DNA of 64,000 nucleotides, from NCBI RefSeq assembly GCF_018977255.1, contig NW_024704742.1, forward strand, positions 32,552,001 to 32,616,000. The letters run 5' to 3'. Positions 11,958 to 23,850 of this stretch are shown in pieces; position 1 is the stretch's first letter; every line of letters starts with the position of its first letter. The notes under the pieces were generated by a model. It had not been told where the DNA came from, did no database searches, and was given only the letters and a program-made list of their open reading frames with translations. The position numbers and the translations under genes were made by a program. Source of the stretch: Callorhinchus milii (taxonomy: Eukaryota).

Positions 11958-13518
11958 CTGAAAAAGATGGGAGTTTTGTTACCAGTAATATCAGTACGAA
12001 AGTGCAGTCAAACCCCACGGCTAAAACCTCATGAGTTCTTCTTATTTTAGACTGATTACCAAGGTTGGTGATATTGCAGAGATTGTCATCCCAGGAGGCT
12101 TCTACAAGCAGAAGTTATTTATTAGGCAGAAGCTTAACTATGTCTAGGTAATGGTTTAGATCTATGTCTATAGCCTGAAGGACCATCATCTTAATTCAGA
12201 TTTGTTTATATTTAAATTTAAAAACCTGTGCCAATGCAGTACTTACATTAAGGCACTACTAGCTGTCTCAGCTCAAGCACAATTCTTTAAAGCAATTGCA
12301 AAAAAATGGCTTCCATATGGAGAATGAATTTAAGAGTTTTCCTAAAATTCTACAGAATCTTAAATTCCACAACAACATTCACGGGGCTGAAACCAAGAGA
12401 AATTACAGGACTTCAGGCACTTCATGATATTCCCAAACACAAACTCCCTGAAATTCTTGTCTACTTTAAAAACAAAACAATTGTGGCCAAATGCCAGTCG
12501 TGAAACCCTTTAAATAAGATTGAAATTGAATTATGCTTGCTAAATTGATCCAAAATGTATGCTTTGCCCCTGGAGATATTCTTTGTATAACAAGAGTAGT
12601 TCTGCTCAGATAAGATGCAACAGATTGGGTTGGTTTATAAGCTAATCGGTTAGGACATGAGAATAGTTTGGATCTGGCACCCGTTTACTTAGAATCAGCA
12701 GAAAAAGATTTCTATTTAATCATTGAAATGACTGGGACACACTATTCCGTATCCAGGTCTGTGGTACCCAGTTTGTGCCAGCTCAAATTCTCCGTCTATC
12801 TGCAATCAGTGCTTATGTAAGAGCAGTCTTTTTTTAATCAATTTTGCATGGAATCACCTGCTAACATTTCTTCCACGACTTTCTCTATTTAAATGGCATT
12901 TATTCAAAATATATTACTCACCACACTGCCACATGTGCATAACTGTTACTGGTCCTTACCTAGTTCCATAAGCTAAGTAGATCCTGCATGTCTTAAATAT
13001 TATAATAATAATCATTGTATGTGATGTAGCACCTTATCACATCTTTGAGACGCCTCATAGATCTAAGTTATTAAGCATATAAGTAAATCCCCATAGCACT
13101 GCTCAAAAAAAGGGAGTCAACAGTGCCCCCAAAATAAAAGAAAATGGTTGTTAGTGGGACATTATTATTCACAAATTGGCTGCCGGGTTTGTGTGCTACA
13201 TACAGACAGTCACTCCCACTTTATAGTAGATTCCATGAAACGCTTTTGAGATGTTCTCCTGACATGAAAGGTGCTGTATCAAATGCAAGGATTATTTTAC
13301 GTGAAAGGCATTCCATAATAATAATAAAGTGAAAGATGTTGTAGTCTGGAAAACTCTGTTCATGAATATATGTGTTACATGAAGCCCACAAGCCCCTATT
13401 GCGCAGAACATTGCTTTTCCACAGATGAAGCAACCAGCCCCGGCCCATGTGAAAGATATTAGCCTGTTTCTTTCCACACAGCAGCGAGACAGAACAGCTG
13501 TATGTCCGTGGCCCATAC

Positions 13519-13588
13519 CTATTATCCGACGCTCTCCTGGGAGCTGAACAGCTGTCTGATCCGCAAACCTGGAAAGAACCATGTGTTC
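13519..13588 (-). CDS. GSTCD: GSTCD exon: EHMVLSRFADQTAVQLPGERRII(G)
   Basis: 70 nt, ttccag| ... G|gtatgg, phase 0 to 1; matches human EHMILCRFADQTAVQLPPQRRLIG. Confidence 0.95.
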
Positions 13589-14996
13589 CTGGAACAAAGG
13601 AGAGCAATGAGAGAGGTGATTTTACAGGGGTCTATAAAGGTGAATCAAAAAAGGTTAGTTTAAAAACTACAAAGAAAAATGCATGAATGAAAAAATTAAG
13701 ACACATTTTCACCTGTCAAAAAGGTTTGTCTTCTAAGTAGCTTCAGTGGGGTTTTTGAAAGATTAAGAAACAGAATGCAACAGCAAGTCTGATGAGTTGC
13801 TACTCACCTTCAGGCTAAAAGTCACACTTTACTTTTCAAACCAAGTCACACAATCTCCATATCGACAGCAATTTTTTAAAAAAACTACAGCCTTCAGCGC
13901 TGTAGCGTACAAGATACATCTGAAAATGAGTTTAATAACCGTAATTCAATCTACAATTCAGGCAATACTGACAGAACCCTTTTAGATTTGTGCATTTTAG
14001 ATCTGGTGATTTGTGTCTTGTTTCAGTTTACAGTTTAGTATGTAGCTGCTGTCAATGTTAAGTGATGGTTAGCACTCTATTTGCAAAAAACAGTGGTTTT
14101 GAGACTTTATGTTTTCCTCAGCAATTTCCTCCCGTCCTCACCAAAAGCTTTTGGATACAATTTAGTGATGGTTTTGGGGGTTTCATTCTCCCCGCCCCCC
14201 ACCCCCACCACCATTTCTTGCACAAGTGGCTATTAATGACTGAGTCTTGACATAATGATAATAATAATAATCCTTGCATTTGGTATAATTCCTATCACGT
14301 CTTGGAGAAGTCTCAAAGCGCTTCACAGAATATACTATAAAGTGAATTGACTGTATATTTTGTGGGCGAAATAAGTACATAAGTGAAGCCAGGAGGGAAC
14401 TGAGGGAATGTAAAAACCAAGCCAATTTACACATTGGGGGTAGTGGCAGAGCGGGTTCTAGAACGTGATGAGAGCAAACATTAGAAAAATTAGAGGGAGC
14501 TACACATTTGATAAGATAAGTGATACAGAGGGAATATGAATGAATAACTGGTGTTTAAGAAAAGGTTCAAGGCCTAGTTCACAACAATAGTTAGCAACTT
14601 TATCTAATTAATAAGAACGTGGAATTAGTTAGCTGATGGACAACCTTAGAAAAAGCAACAATAAACGATGACTAGGTGGAAGGCATGGTTGTGTATAAAA
14701 TATCAACTGCTGGTAACAGCTGTGACCTTACATGATTTACTTATGCAGTTACCCATGGCTTTGGTTGCAGAGGATAATATTAATGGTTTCAGTGACATTC
14801 TCACAGTTTAGGCAGATATCCAAGCCATCTGAGCTTTTCCCATGCAGGATCCCATGCATTCAAGGCAGCTATTCTGTGCTATTCTCACACAGACAGGCAA
14901 TCGGTTAGGCGAACGAACTGAGGTGCAAGTCGAATTTGCCCATTGACACTAACAACATTCAGCTCTCACCCGTAAAGCGACCCCCAACATACAAAC

Positions 14997-15027
14997 CTTA
15001 TACGACAAAATATCCTTGAACTTTTGG
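14997..15027 (-). CDS. GSTCD: GSTCD 31-nt exon: (S)QKFKDILSYK
   Basis: ttttctttcag|CCAAAAG...TATAAG|gtttgt, phase 2 to 0; matches human SEQFKKTLSYK. This frame is not in the ORF track. Confidence 0.92.
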
Positions 15028-15930
15028 CTGAAAGAAAATGAAAAGTTATAAAAAAACATATTAATATTTGCATCAGTGACATCAGTTCAACATAAACACT
15101 GGCACTCACAGCAGTTTCTTGCATACGAAGATCCCTAACTGTCCAAATCCCTGACTGTCCATCGCCTTGGGACGTCCACCTAACGTGAAAGGCGCTAGAG
15201 GAATGTAATTTGTTGTTGTTGTTGCAGATTGTTAGTATACAGTGTAAAATGTGTATATGTATAGGTGAATACATGCATGTGTTTATCCCGGATATGTTAA
15301 ATAGAAGCCAAATAAATAGCTTTATAAAGCGTTACCTAACCCTAACGGTGAAACAGGCATGATAGGCAGAATGATCTGCTCCTGTTCCCTTGCCAAACTT
15401 TAAAAAAATTCTATATTACAATTAGCTGTAAAACAAATTGGGACTTTTTTCCCCTCCCCCAAAATTTATTTTTTCCCCTGAATTTGAGGGCTGTAAAACA
15501 AAGAAGTTTATTTCTCCATCTTCCATTCCAATATCTCTGAGCCAAACACGCACACTCAGATGAGGCTGAAGAGACTCTACAAAAAAAGAGTTAAAAACTG
15601 CTTTTTCTTTCAGATGTCGATGAACTACGTGATCCCAAGTCACGAAGTCGGGCTTGAACCCACAATCTTTTAACTTGTTGGTGAGAGTTCAGCCAGGCTG
15701 ACAGCCCCTCAAAATTTGGAGGGGGAAGGGAAAACAAATTCTAATAGTTAACTGGGCAGGTGGAGCATGTCAGTATCAGTGGACAGACAGGATTCTAATA
15801 TGATGTAAACCTGTTATTCAAATGGCTGGTCGTTGAACTAAGCTGCCGGAGTGATTTAAAATTACAGACTTAAGCATGAAATTGAAAATGATAGGAATTA
15901 TTATGCAGCAACTCAAGGGTCAGAACCTAC

Positions 15931-16064
15931 CTTCTTGGGAAAGTGAACTTGACCGTATTCTGTATGAAACCGTAACAACACGGGCAGATAACAAAAGATG
16001 CCCGGGCCTTGATACAGCGATCAATCACCATGTCGGTCGCTACTCCGCACGCATGAAGCCCCAC
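15931..16064 (-). CDS. GSTCD: GSTCD exon: VGLHACGVATDMVIDRCIKARASFVICPCCYGFIQNTVKFTFPR(S)
   Basis: 134 nt, ttgcag| ... AG|gtaggt, phase 0 to 2. Contains the LHACG and CPCCY motifs of the GSTCD methyltransferase-like domain. Confidence 0.97.
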
Positions 16065-16179
16065 CTGCAAAAAGAAAATCAGAGACCAAGAGAAACAGTA
16101 AGTGGCAAGAGGACCTGTAAGCACCAGTGACAGAAGACACTCACACACATACACACATATATAAATTATTTGTTAAACC

Positions 16180-16820
16180 TCAGTTAGAATATTGTGTCCA
16201 ATATTGGTCATCCCACTTTAGGAAGGACATCAAGGGAGCTGAGGGGAGCAGAGGAGATTTACTAGGATGACACCTGAGCTGAGTGTTTTGGTGTATCAGC
16301 AGAGCCTGGAGGAACTGGGACTTTTCCATTAGAACAAAGAAGGTTGAAGGGTGACCTGATAGAGGTCACTGTCATATATGCCCCATAATCACTGATTCAC
16401 TGACCTATGGACATCATTTCTCTCTGTTGATGCTACTAAAACCCCTCATAAATTTAAAGGGTTAGAACCTACCTTCTTGTCGAGTTCACTCTGATAAAGG
16501 TGAAAGAAATTATTTCCACTGGTCGGTGAATCAGTGACTCAAGGGATTTGATTTAAGATAGGCAGCAAACGGGTAAATGGTGAGGTCAGGAGAAATTGTT
16601 TCACAAACAGAAGAGTTAGCATTTGGAATACCCTGCTAGGAGCAGGGGTTGAGGCAGAATCTATATTAGCTTTCAAAAGGGAAATAAATATCTAGAAAGG
16701 AGTCACGTACAGGGATATAGGGAAAGGATAGGTCTGAAAGGAATACTCTTATAAGAGCCAGCACAGACATGATCAGCCAAATGGTCTTCTTTTGTGCTGT
16801 AAATTTCTATGGTTCCATGC
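16180..16820 (+). mobile_element. Degraded CR1 3' fragment with internal rearrangement
   Basis: cctcagttagaatattgtgtccaatattggtc, gggtgacctgatagaggtc and a CR1 3'UTR-like end. Smaller CR1 ends at ~10860-10990(-), 26700-26900(+), 38310-38545(+) and 38770-38920(+). Confidence 0.8.
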
Positions 16821-17309
16821 GAGGCTCTGCAAATTGTGTCTGTGGAAATCTGAAGAGTGTGGCGAGTAGAACACAAAAACTAAGTCCCCTCCCAAAGGCT
16901 TGTTAGTGAATGCATTTCATCTCGTTTCTCACATGCATTAAAATAAATCCACATTAAATGAGTGTGATGATGATGGTCTGCAATGATCAAAACACAACTT
17001 GGAAACCTGTCTTCCCCAAACTGTTTTCTATTAAAAACGAAAATTCCATAGAGTTTGCCAAACACAACTGCTGTCCTGGATCAAATTAGTGACTTTAAGT
17101 ACTGAAATTCTTCAATTTCAATCACTCACAGTACAGTGGTTCCAACTGCTTTGATTCATTTTTTGGAGGATTGCCAGTGTGAGTGCGGGTATTCATAGCC
17201 GCCCATGGAACCACGGGAACATGAGTGTGGTTGTTGAAAGAGAGTGGGCCCCATAGCCACTCTGATATCATCTGCTGTAATACGAGTTTCATGTGCCCAT
17301 GCAAATACT

Positions 17310-17815
17310 GCCCGTCTCCGACCATGTCTCACCCTCCAAACGCAACCAAAACTCATTCACTGCTTCATCACCTCCAGACTGCATTATTTCGAAACCCTCC
17401 TCGCTGGCCTTCTGTGCTCAAGACCTTCACCAACCCTCAAGTTAAAGTCTAGATCATCCGGAACACCACAGTCCGTAACTCGCGCCAGGCTCTGTGAGCC
17501 AATCGCCCCATTCTCACCAGGATTCACTATTGCCCTATTCCCCTATGGACTGTATTTAAGATACAGTCGTAAATACGATCCTCATTTTAACTCTCTCTAC
17601 ATCCTTGCCGTACCTGACCTCTGTAAACTCCTGCAGCTCTACTCCCTCCACTCTGCTATCTCAGACTTGCTTCATGTCCTGTGCTCACTCTGTCTCACCA
17701 TCAGTGGCTGAGCTTTCAGGCACTTTACCCCTGTTCTCTGGAATGCTCTCCCTAAATCTCTACCCCTCATACCTTCCCTCTCAGCATTCAAAATCTAAGT
17801 AAAAATCTACCTTAA
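17310..17815 (+). mobile_element. Degraded L2 LINE ORF2 3' fragment
   Basis: LIHCFITSRLHY motif (cf. LIHAFVTSRLDY). Similar L2 pieces at ~18530-18730(+), 19550-19710(+), 32560-33060(-), 34940-35120(+), 42620-42840(+), 43420-43720(+), 44280-44500(-), 44910-45210(-) and 52100-52320(-). Confidence 0.75.
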
Positions 17816-19721
17816 GTATAGCGAATGTTTAATTATAATATTTCATATAAACAGTCAAAATATCACAAATGTGATACTACATCCTTTCAGAAGTATTACC
17901 TTCAATAGGAGTTTGTTGCTTTGGTCAGCCGGGAATCTGGCACATGTGGAAACCCATCACAATACTTAAAAGTATCCAAGCCAGATGTCTAAGTATGGAA
18001 ATTTCCGTGTCTGGAATAGAATATGTACTCTCTCCCTAGAAAGACATGTCCTTTTTGCGAAGAGTATTAGGTGCAGTTTGGTAAGAGCCAAGGGTTGGAG
18101 CCAAGAGCCAGAGTGTGCATTGGGAGTACTGCTGGAGTCTAACCAGTTAAAACCACATTGCTTACCGTTGAAAGCACTGTTTGGCAAGCTTCCCGCTACT
18201 TGACAGCCCCTATCCAGAACTTTGTAAATTATATTGTATTGATTCTCACTAGCTTTGACGTTAAGCACAGTCTTTAGTTATAGTTATGCATTTCATCACC
18301 ATATCAGTCACCATATTCAGCTCAAAGGACTGTGCTCAGTTAAAACTACAATACACTGGCTGCATTGTGGTAATAGTGTTGCATTTTCATGTGTCAATGG
18401 CTGTCAACGACTGTGTATATTTAGCAGGTAGGTATCAATCCACTAACTGAATAAAGCCAGCTGCCCCATGTTAGTCATTTCTGACGCCTTCAATAACAAA
18501 GTGATTAAGATCAAAACTGAACGGTCTTTATTTTGGTCTCTGGAACTCCCTGTCTCAATCCCTCCACCCTGCCCCCTCTTTGCCCACCTTCAGGTTGCAC
18601 CTGAAGACCCTCCTCTTTGACTGTGCCTAAGGTTACTTCCCTTTCTCCCCGGCTTAGATCAAACTACAGCACTCTTCGGGATCTGAGACGCTGCCCCGTG
18701 TGAAGGTCATTATATAAATGCAAGTTGTTGTTTAACACATTGTCTGGCGGATGATGCTTTTCAATGTTTCGTATGAAAATTATTGAGCATCATTGATGGG
18801 AATGCACAGAATATCCTAAATATGTCAATCCGAGAAAAGAAGTCCGAGAAGAAGAAGCAGTTAGTTAAACCTCCCATATATATTTTTCAGTTGTCCTTTA
18901 ATTTGCTAGAGATATGATGCTTTGAAGGGTTTTTGTCTCTTGCTTTGTTCTTACGTCAGTCACACAGGTGACTGGACAGCAGGTTGAGGTGCCCTTCAAT
19001 TCCCTTCACTCGAAAGAACACAAGTGTCTTATCAATCACCAAATACTTCATGTTTAACAATTACTGCTGTCAGTTAGCAGTCTATTCTCGGATATCCTCT
19101 CTGTAATTTGATGTCAATGTAATGCACCAATGCAGTAGGACAGAACTGGCCAGTGAGTGAATATCTTCACTCAGTGTATCACTGACTTTTCAAACTATGG
19201 CTAATGCTTTTTTTTAAAATATATACATATTTATTTTAAGCTGAGTACCTGAGCTACACAGACTGTGAAAAGGCTCAGGTTCAAAGTCCGTACTGAGTTA
19301 GATAATCTCAGACTCTCTTGTTGCTTATGTCTGGATTTAAGATCACAGTCTAGACTGATACTTCAATGCAATGCTGGGGGAAGTGTTCCATTGTTGGAGG
19401 TGCCATCCTTCACATATAATAATAATCCTTGCATTTGATATAGTACTTTATTAGGTCTTCGAGACGTCTCAAAGCTCTTTACAGGATATACTGTAAAGTT
19501 GACTATATTTAGTGGGTGAAACAAGACAAATCAAGGTTCTGTCTGCCTCCTCTTCGACGGCGCCTTCAGTCACTCTCCTACCTCCATGCTCCCTGCCCTC
19601 CACCATTCCTGATCCCAACCCCCAGCTTGGATGTAAATCCTTGACTGTCCAGCGCCTTGGGACGTCCTCCACACGTGAAAGACGCTGTACAAATGTAATT
19701 TGTTGTTGCAGCTTGGTGGAA

Positions 19722-19981
19722 GAATAATAATAATAATAAATAATAATCCTTGCATTTGATATAGCGCTTTTCACGTCGGGAGGACGTCCCAAAGCGCTTC
19801 ACAGAACACACTGTAAAGTGAATTGACTGTATATTTGTGGGCGAACGCGGCAGCCAATTTGCGCACAGCAATGTCCCACAAACAGTCGTAGATTGAAAAT
19901 GACCAATTTATTATTGTTTTTGGTTTTGGAGGGATTATTATTAGGCTCTGTGTGGAGTAAGGAAACTTGCCCAAGGTTTCG
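19722..19981 (-). mobile_element. 5'-truncated young SINE copy
   Basis: Nearly identical to 35724-35961 but lacks the tRNA head. Confidence 0.85.
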
Positions 19982-20919
19982 AATAACAATTTGGAAGGGG
20001 TACCGAAGGATAGCTGACACTTCTACAAAATCTACCCCTGTATTTTGCAGCACCCTTCAGAGGAGGGTGCAAAAGTTTTAAAATAACTCTCAGTGGTGTG
20101 CAAGCTGATATTATACTGTACTTGGGGGGCTGATGTGAGGAAAACTATAGCATAGCACCAGATTGCCGTCAACCCCAGATCACATGTAACATCAGAGATT
20201 GGGTTTAAGTTCAGAACTAGTACATCACTTTAGCTTTATAGCTAACACTGCCATATAATCTACATGTGAATGGCACATATTAGATCAAGAGCCTCATTTA
20301 CGTTGGATGCCCAGACCTATTTTCAGTTCCTGTGCAGTTGGAGGCTGAGTCAATTGGATCAGATTGCTTGATGAAATAAGGAAAGTGGCAGGTGCATGAA
20401 CAGTTTCCATAAACCAGAAAGATTAATAACCCAAAACAGCAACCTTGTTACATTCTTTTGAAAGGCCGATATAATAATGGATTAACTTTTCTAACTTTAA
20501 CATCATAGATATATATATATAAATATATAAAAATAACATGAAACGTTTGGTTTGATCACTCAATCCACGACTGTTTGTGGAGTACTGCTCTGTGCAATTG
20601 GCTGCTGCTTTTCACCCACAAAATATACAATCAACTCACTGTGCAGTATATTCTGTGAACTGCTTTAAGATGTCTAGAAAACATGTTAAGGTGCAATTTC
20701 AAATGCAATGATTGCTATTATTATTATTATTAAGACGAGAATTCCAACCACCAGCTCGGATGCAGATCTGACTGTAAAACACTTTGGGACGTCCTCCTGA
20801 CGTGAAAGGTGCTATATAAGAAAAATGTAATTTGTTGTTTGTGAGTTAAAGAAAGCATCATTAACTTGTGTGTTAAAAAACAACATATTACATTTGTACA
20901 GCGCCTTTCACATCAATGC

Positions 20920-21325
20920 CTTGTGTCAGCCTGATGCGGTGGTTGCACTCTGGCATGTGAGCCAGAAGGTTGTGGGTTCAAGCTCCATGCCAGTACTTGG
21001 AATCAGATAGTCTAAGATGACACTATGCAGTGCTGGAGGGTGTTGCATTGTTGGAAGTGCTGTCTTTCGGATGAAACGTTAAACCAAGGTTTATTCAAAA
21101 AGAGAAGGGAGTTTCTCCTGGTGTCCTGGCCAAAATTCTCCAAATAAGATTGGTCAATAACTCCATGGTTGATTGTGGGACATTGCTGTGTGCAAACTGG
21201 CTGCCCAGTTCATCCACAAAAGGCTCAGTCACTGCATTTTACAGTATATCCTTGTGAAGCACTTTAGGACAACCACACAATCTGAAAAGCTCTATATCAA
21301 ATGAAAGAATTATTATTATTATAAT
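20920..21325 (+). mobile_element. Deu-domain-type SINE (older, longer family)
   Basis: tRNA-like head (...agaaggttgtgggttcaagc), gtgctgtctttcggatgaaacgttaaacc, ggtgtcctggcc and an L2-type tail. Related pieces at ~130-395(-), 9790-9970(+), 25630-25850(-), 39480-39722(-), 46420-46820(-), 48720-49050(-), 51730-52100(+), 59260-59560(-) and 60175-60510(-). Confidence 0.75.
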
Positions 21326-23591
21326 ACAAAGGACTGTTTGATTTGAAAATAAATGGAGAGGATTATCCTCATATTGCGTAACTATGCTTTGTAGCTGGAC
21401 TTGGAAAGGGCAAAGGCGAGAGTAACGTGTCAGCTGAACATTTTGAGAAAGGTGTATCATTTTTGCACCAACATTAACTTTCATTGTTATTTGAGAAAAA
21501 AATGGGCAGCTTTCTGGTTTTCTAGCAGGGATTATTATTAAGTGGAATACTTGTTGCTAAGGGACCATTTATAATTGTCCATATTATCACAGAGACACAG
21601 GTTTACTTTTTATCATCCCCCTCCGCTCCAGTATTGATCTGTTTGTAGCTGCCTGAATTTCACTTATCTGTTTATTTTTTGTTCTCCTCTTTCTCTTCTC
21701 TATACTTTATACTTGCTCCTTCTTAAACTGTCCTGGTCTATTTCTGTCCACTGAATTGTCTCATTGGTAATCTCGGTTTCTCTCTCTCTCTCTCTCTCCT
21801 TCACTATCACCCTATTCGTCTCTTCTTCCTTCTTGATCTCTGCCCTTGATAGTCTCCCTGTTATTACACTTGTATTTTTATCACAATCAATCTCTCTCTC
21901 CCCCTCTCCACCCTTAAAAGAATTCCCCGATTCACACAATCTTCATACAATTCATCTGTCCCCAATGTGTTTCTTCCCCCCTTCTAATTCATAGCCAGCT
22001 CTACGCAGCACAGCAAGAGGTGGCCAACGTGAAGACTGCATCTCATCAATCTCCCTGACTCTTTAGCTCTTCATAGACCTGCTGAGAATGCAGTATTCCT
22101 TTGAAAGCCCCTTGGGGGATATCCGGTAAAGTGCTGTCATATTTACTATTTGAGCAAACCTTAAGGTATTGTATGCGAGCAAACCTAGAACATATAAGAA
22201 TGTGATAACACTGAGAATTATGGAGCTGCTGATCGAACACAAGTAGCAATCTGTGTGCAGCGATCACACTGCCTTTAATGACTGTTGGTGCAATTACGCC
22301 AGCTTTTCAGCAGGAGCAGGGAGCTGTGTTAACATTGGGAAGGGTAAGGCAGAGATCTGTGGATAAATACTCAAAACCTGCACGCACAGAGCCGATCAGA
22401 AAAAGCTGCTGCTCAGACTGGGAAGAGTTGAGGGTGCTCGGCCAATGCCACCTGGTAGCAATTGAGAATTTCCCCACTGCCCAGTGTGATGCCAAAGATT
22501 TAAAAAAGACAGTGGAGGAGGCGAAAGGGTTTACTAATGAAAATTAGGTAAGGAAGCAAACCTAGGTAAACAGAGGCATGTGGAGTAAGGAAACTTGCCT
22601 AAGGTTTCACTCTGCTTGGGAATCGGGCTTGCGAGGCATGCTTTCTAACCTATATGCTGCAGGACTCCATAGAGGGGTATCTATCTTAGCCCCTGCATGG
22701 TGTTTTTCCCTGCCAATTTATTCAATTCACCATTGACATATGCTTTGGATTAGTCATCATAATGAAATTATAAAACTATCTACTGAAAATAAAATAAAAC
22801 AAATTGCCATAAAGTTTTCAGTGGCAATCATAAGGAAACTAAAACTATCCAATTAATAGAAATAAATCATACAAAGCAATAGAATCCTAGTGTAAACATC
22901 AAACCAGTATTAAAATAAAATAGATCGACACAAAAGCGACTGATCGTGTAACAAATGAAAAAATTAGCAACGCATACTGCTGGTTTCTCTGGAGTGACCA
23001 TCCGCCCACCAACTCCTGACACCACAAGAACCCCCACAGTAACAGCTGGTGAGAGTTCTGGCTCCTGCTGCGTCATACAGTGTTCCGCTCCAGGCAAGAA
23101 AATAAAGCAGTGTTAAAATGCAACTTCATTTTGAATGTTTAGAACAGTTAGGACCAAATGTGAATACGAGGGTTCACAGAAACAGCAACAACAGCGGCTT
23201 GGGTTTATAGAGCAGCTTACATTTATATAGGTTAACGTCTTGGAGCACCTCACAAAGACGGGGCCAGATGCTGATCAAGGGAACTGGGGAAGTGACTGCA
23301 GGTGTGGTTGAGGAGAGGTTTTTAGATGACAGATAGGGAGAGGGCAAGTTGTTGAGTAGGGAATGTATTCTACTTGTGAAGAGGACATGTGCAATCTGCT
23401 TGTAACTGTATTGCTCAGGAATACTCTGGCTTCTGCCTCTCCTGTATTCATCAGCTTCCTGTGCAATGTCCTTTGTTACTTTAGTGCAGCAGCTTACAGT
23501 ATTACTGAACAATAACAATTTCAGCCATTATTAAGCAAGAGGGTGATTATGTGACATGGCTATCTCAGCATACTCAGTGTTTTGCACTCAC

Positions 23592-23720
23592 CCCGATCTT
23601 AAATAGTCCTTTGAAGGAATCCAGGTTAGCCTGGATGAACCAGATGTTGTTCAATCTGAGATCCTCACATCTGTCCTTGGCACGCAATAAGGATTCCTCT
23701 TTGTTTTCCACCAGAACTAT
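23592..23720 (-). CDS. GSTCD: GSTCD exon: IVLVENKEESLLRAKDRCEDLRLNNIWFIQANLDSFKGLFKIG
   Basis: 129 nt, ttccag| ... GGG|gtgagt, phase 0 to 0; matches human VTLIENKELSLIRAKKRSDELGLSNIWFIQANMEYFTGMFNIG. Confidence 0.95.
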
Positions 23721-23850
23721 CTGGAACACAAGTCAATGCCTTAATTAGAAAGCAGTTACTCCACATGAAAGCAATAGGATCTTTTGGTTATCTCAGTCAG
23801 CTTCAGTCAGATGGGTGGAAGCGATTTTTGCTCTTTCACTGTTAAGTCTC

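Noticed and set aside
13808..13826. AAG|gtgagt donor as the short GSTCD exon
   Set aside because: Poor acceptor and an in-frame stop upstream; the homologous 31-nt exon is at 14997-15027.
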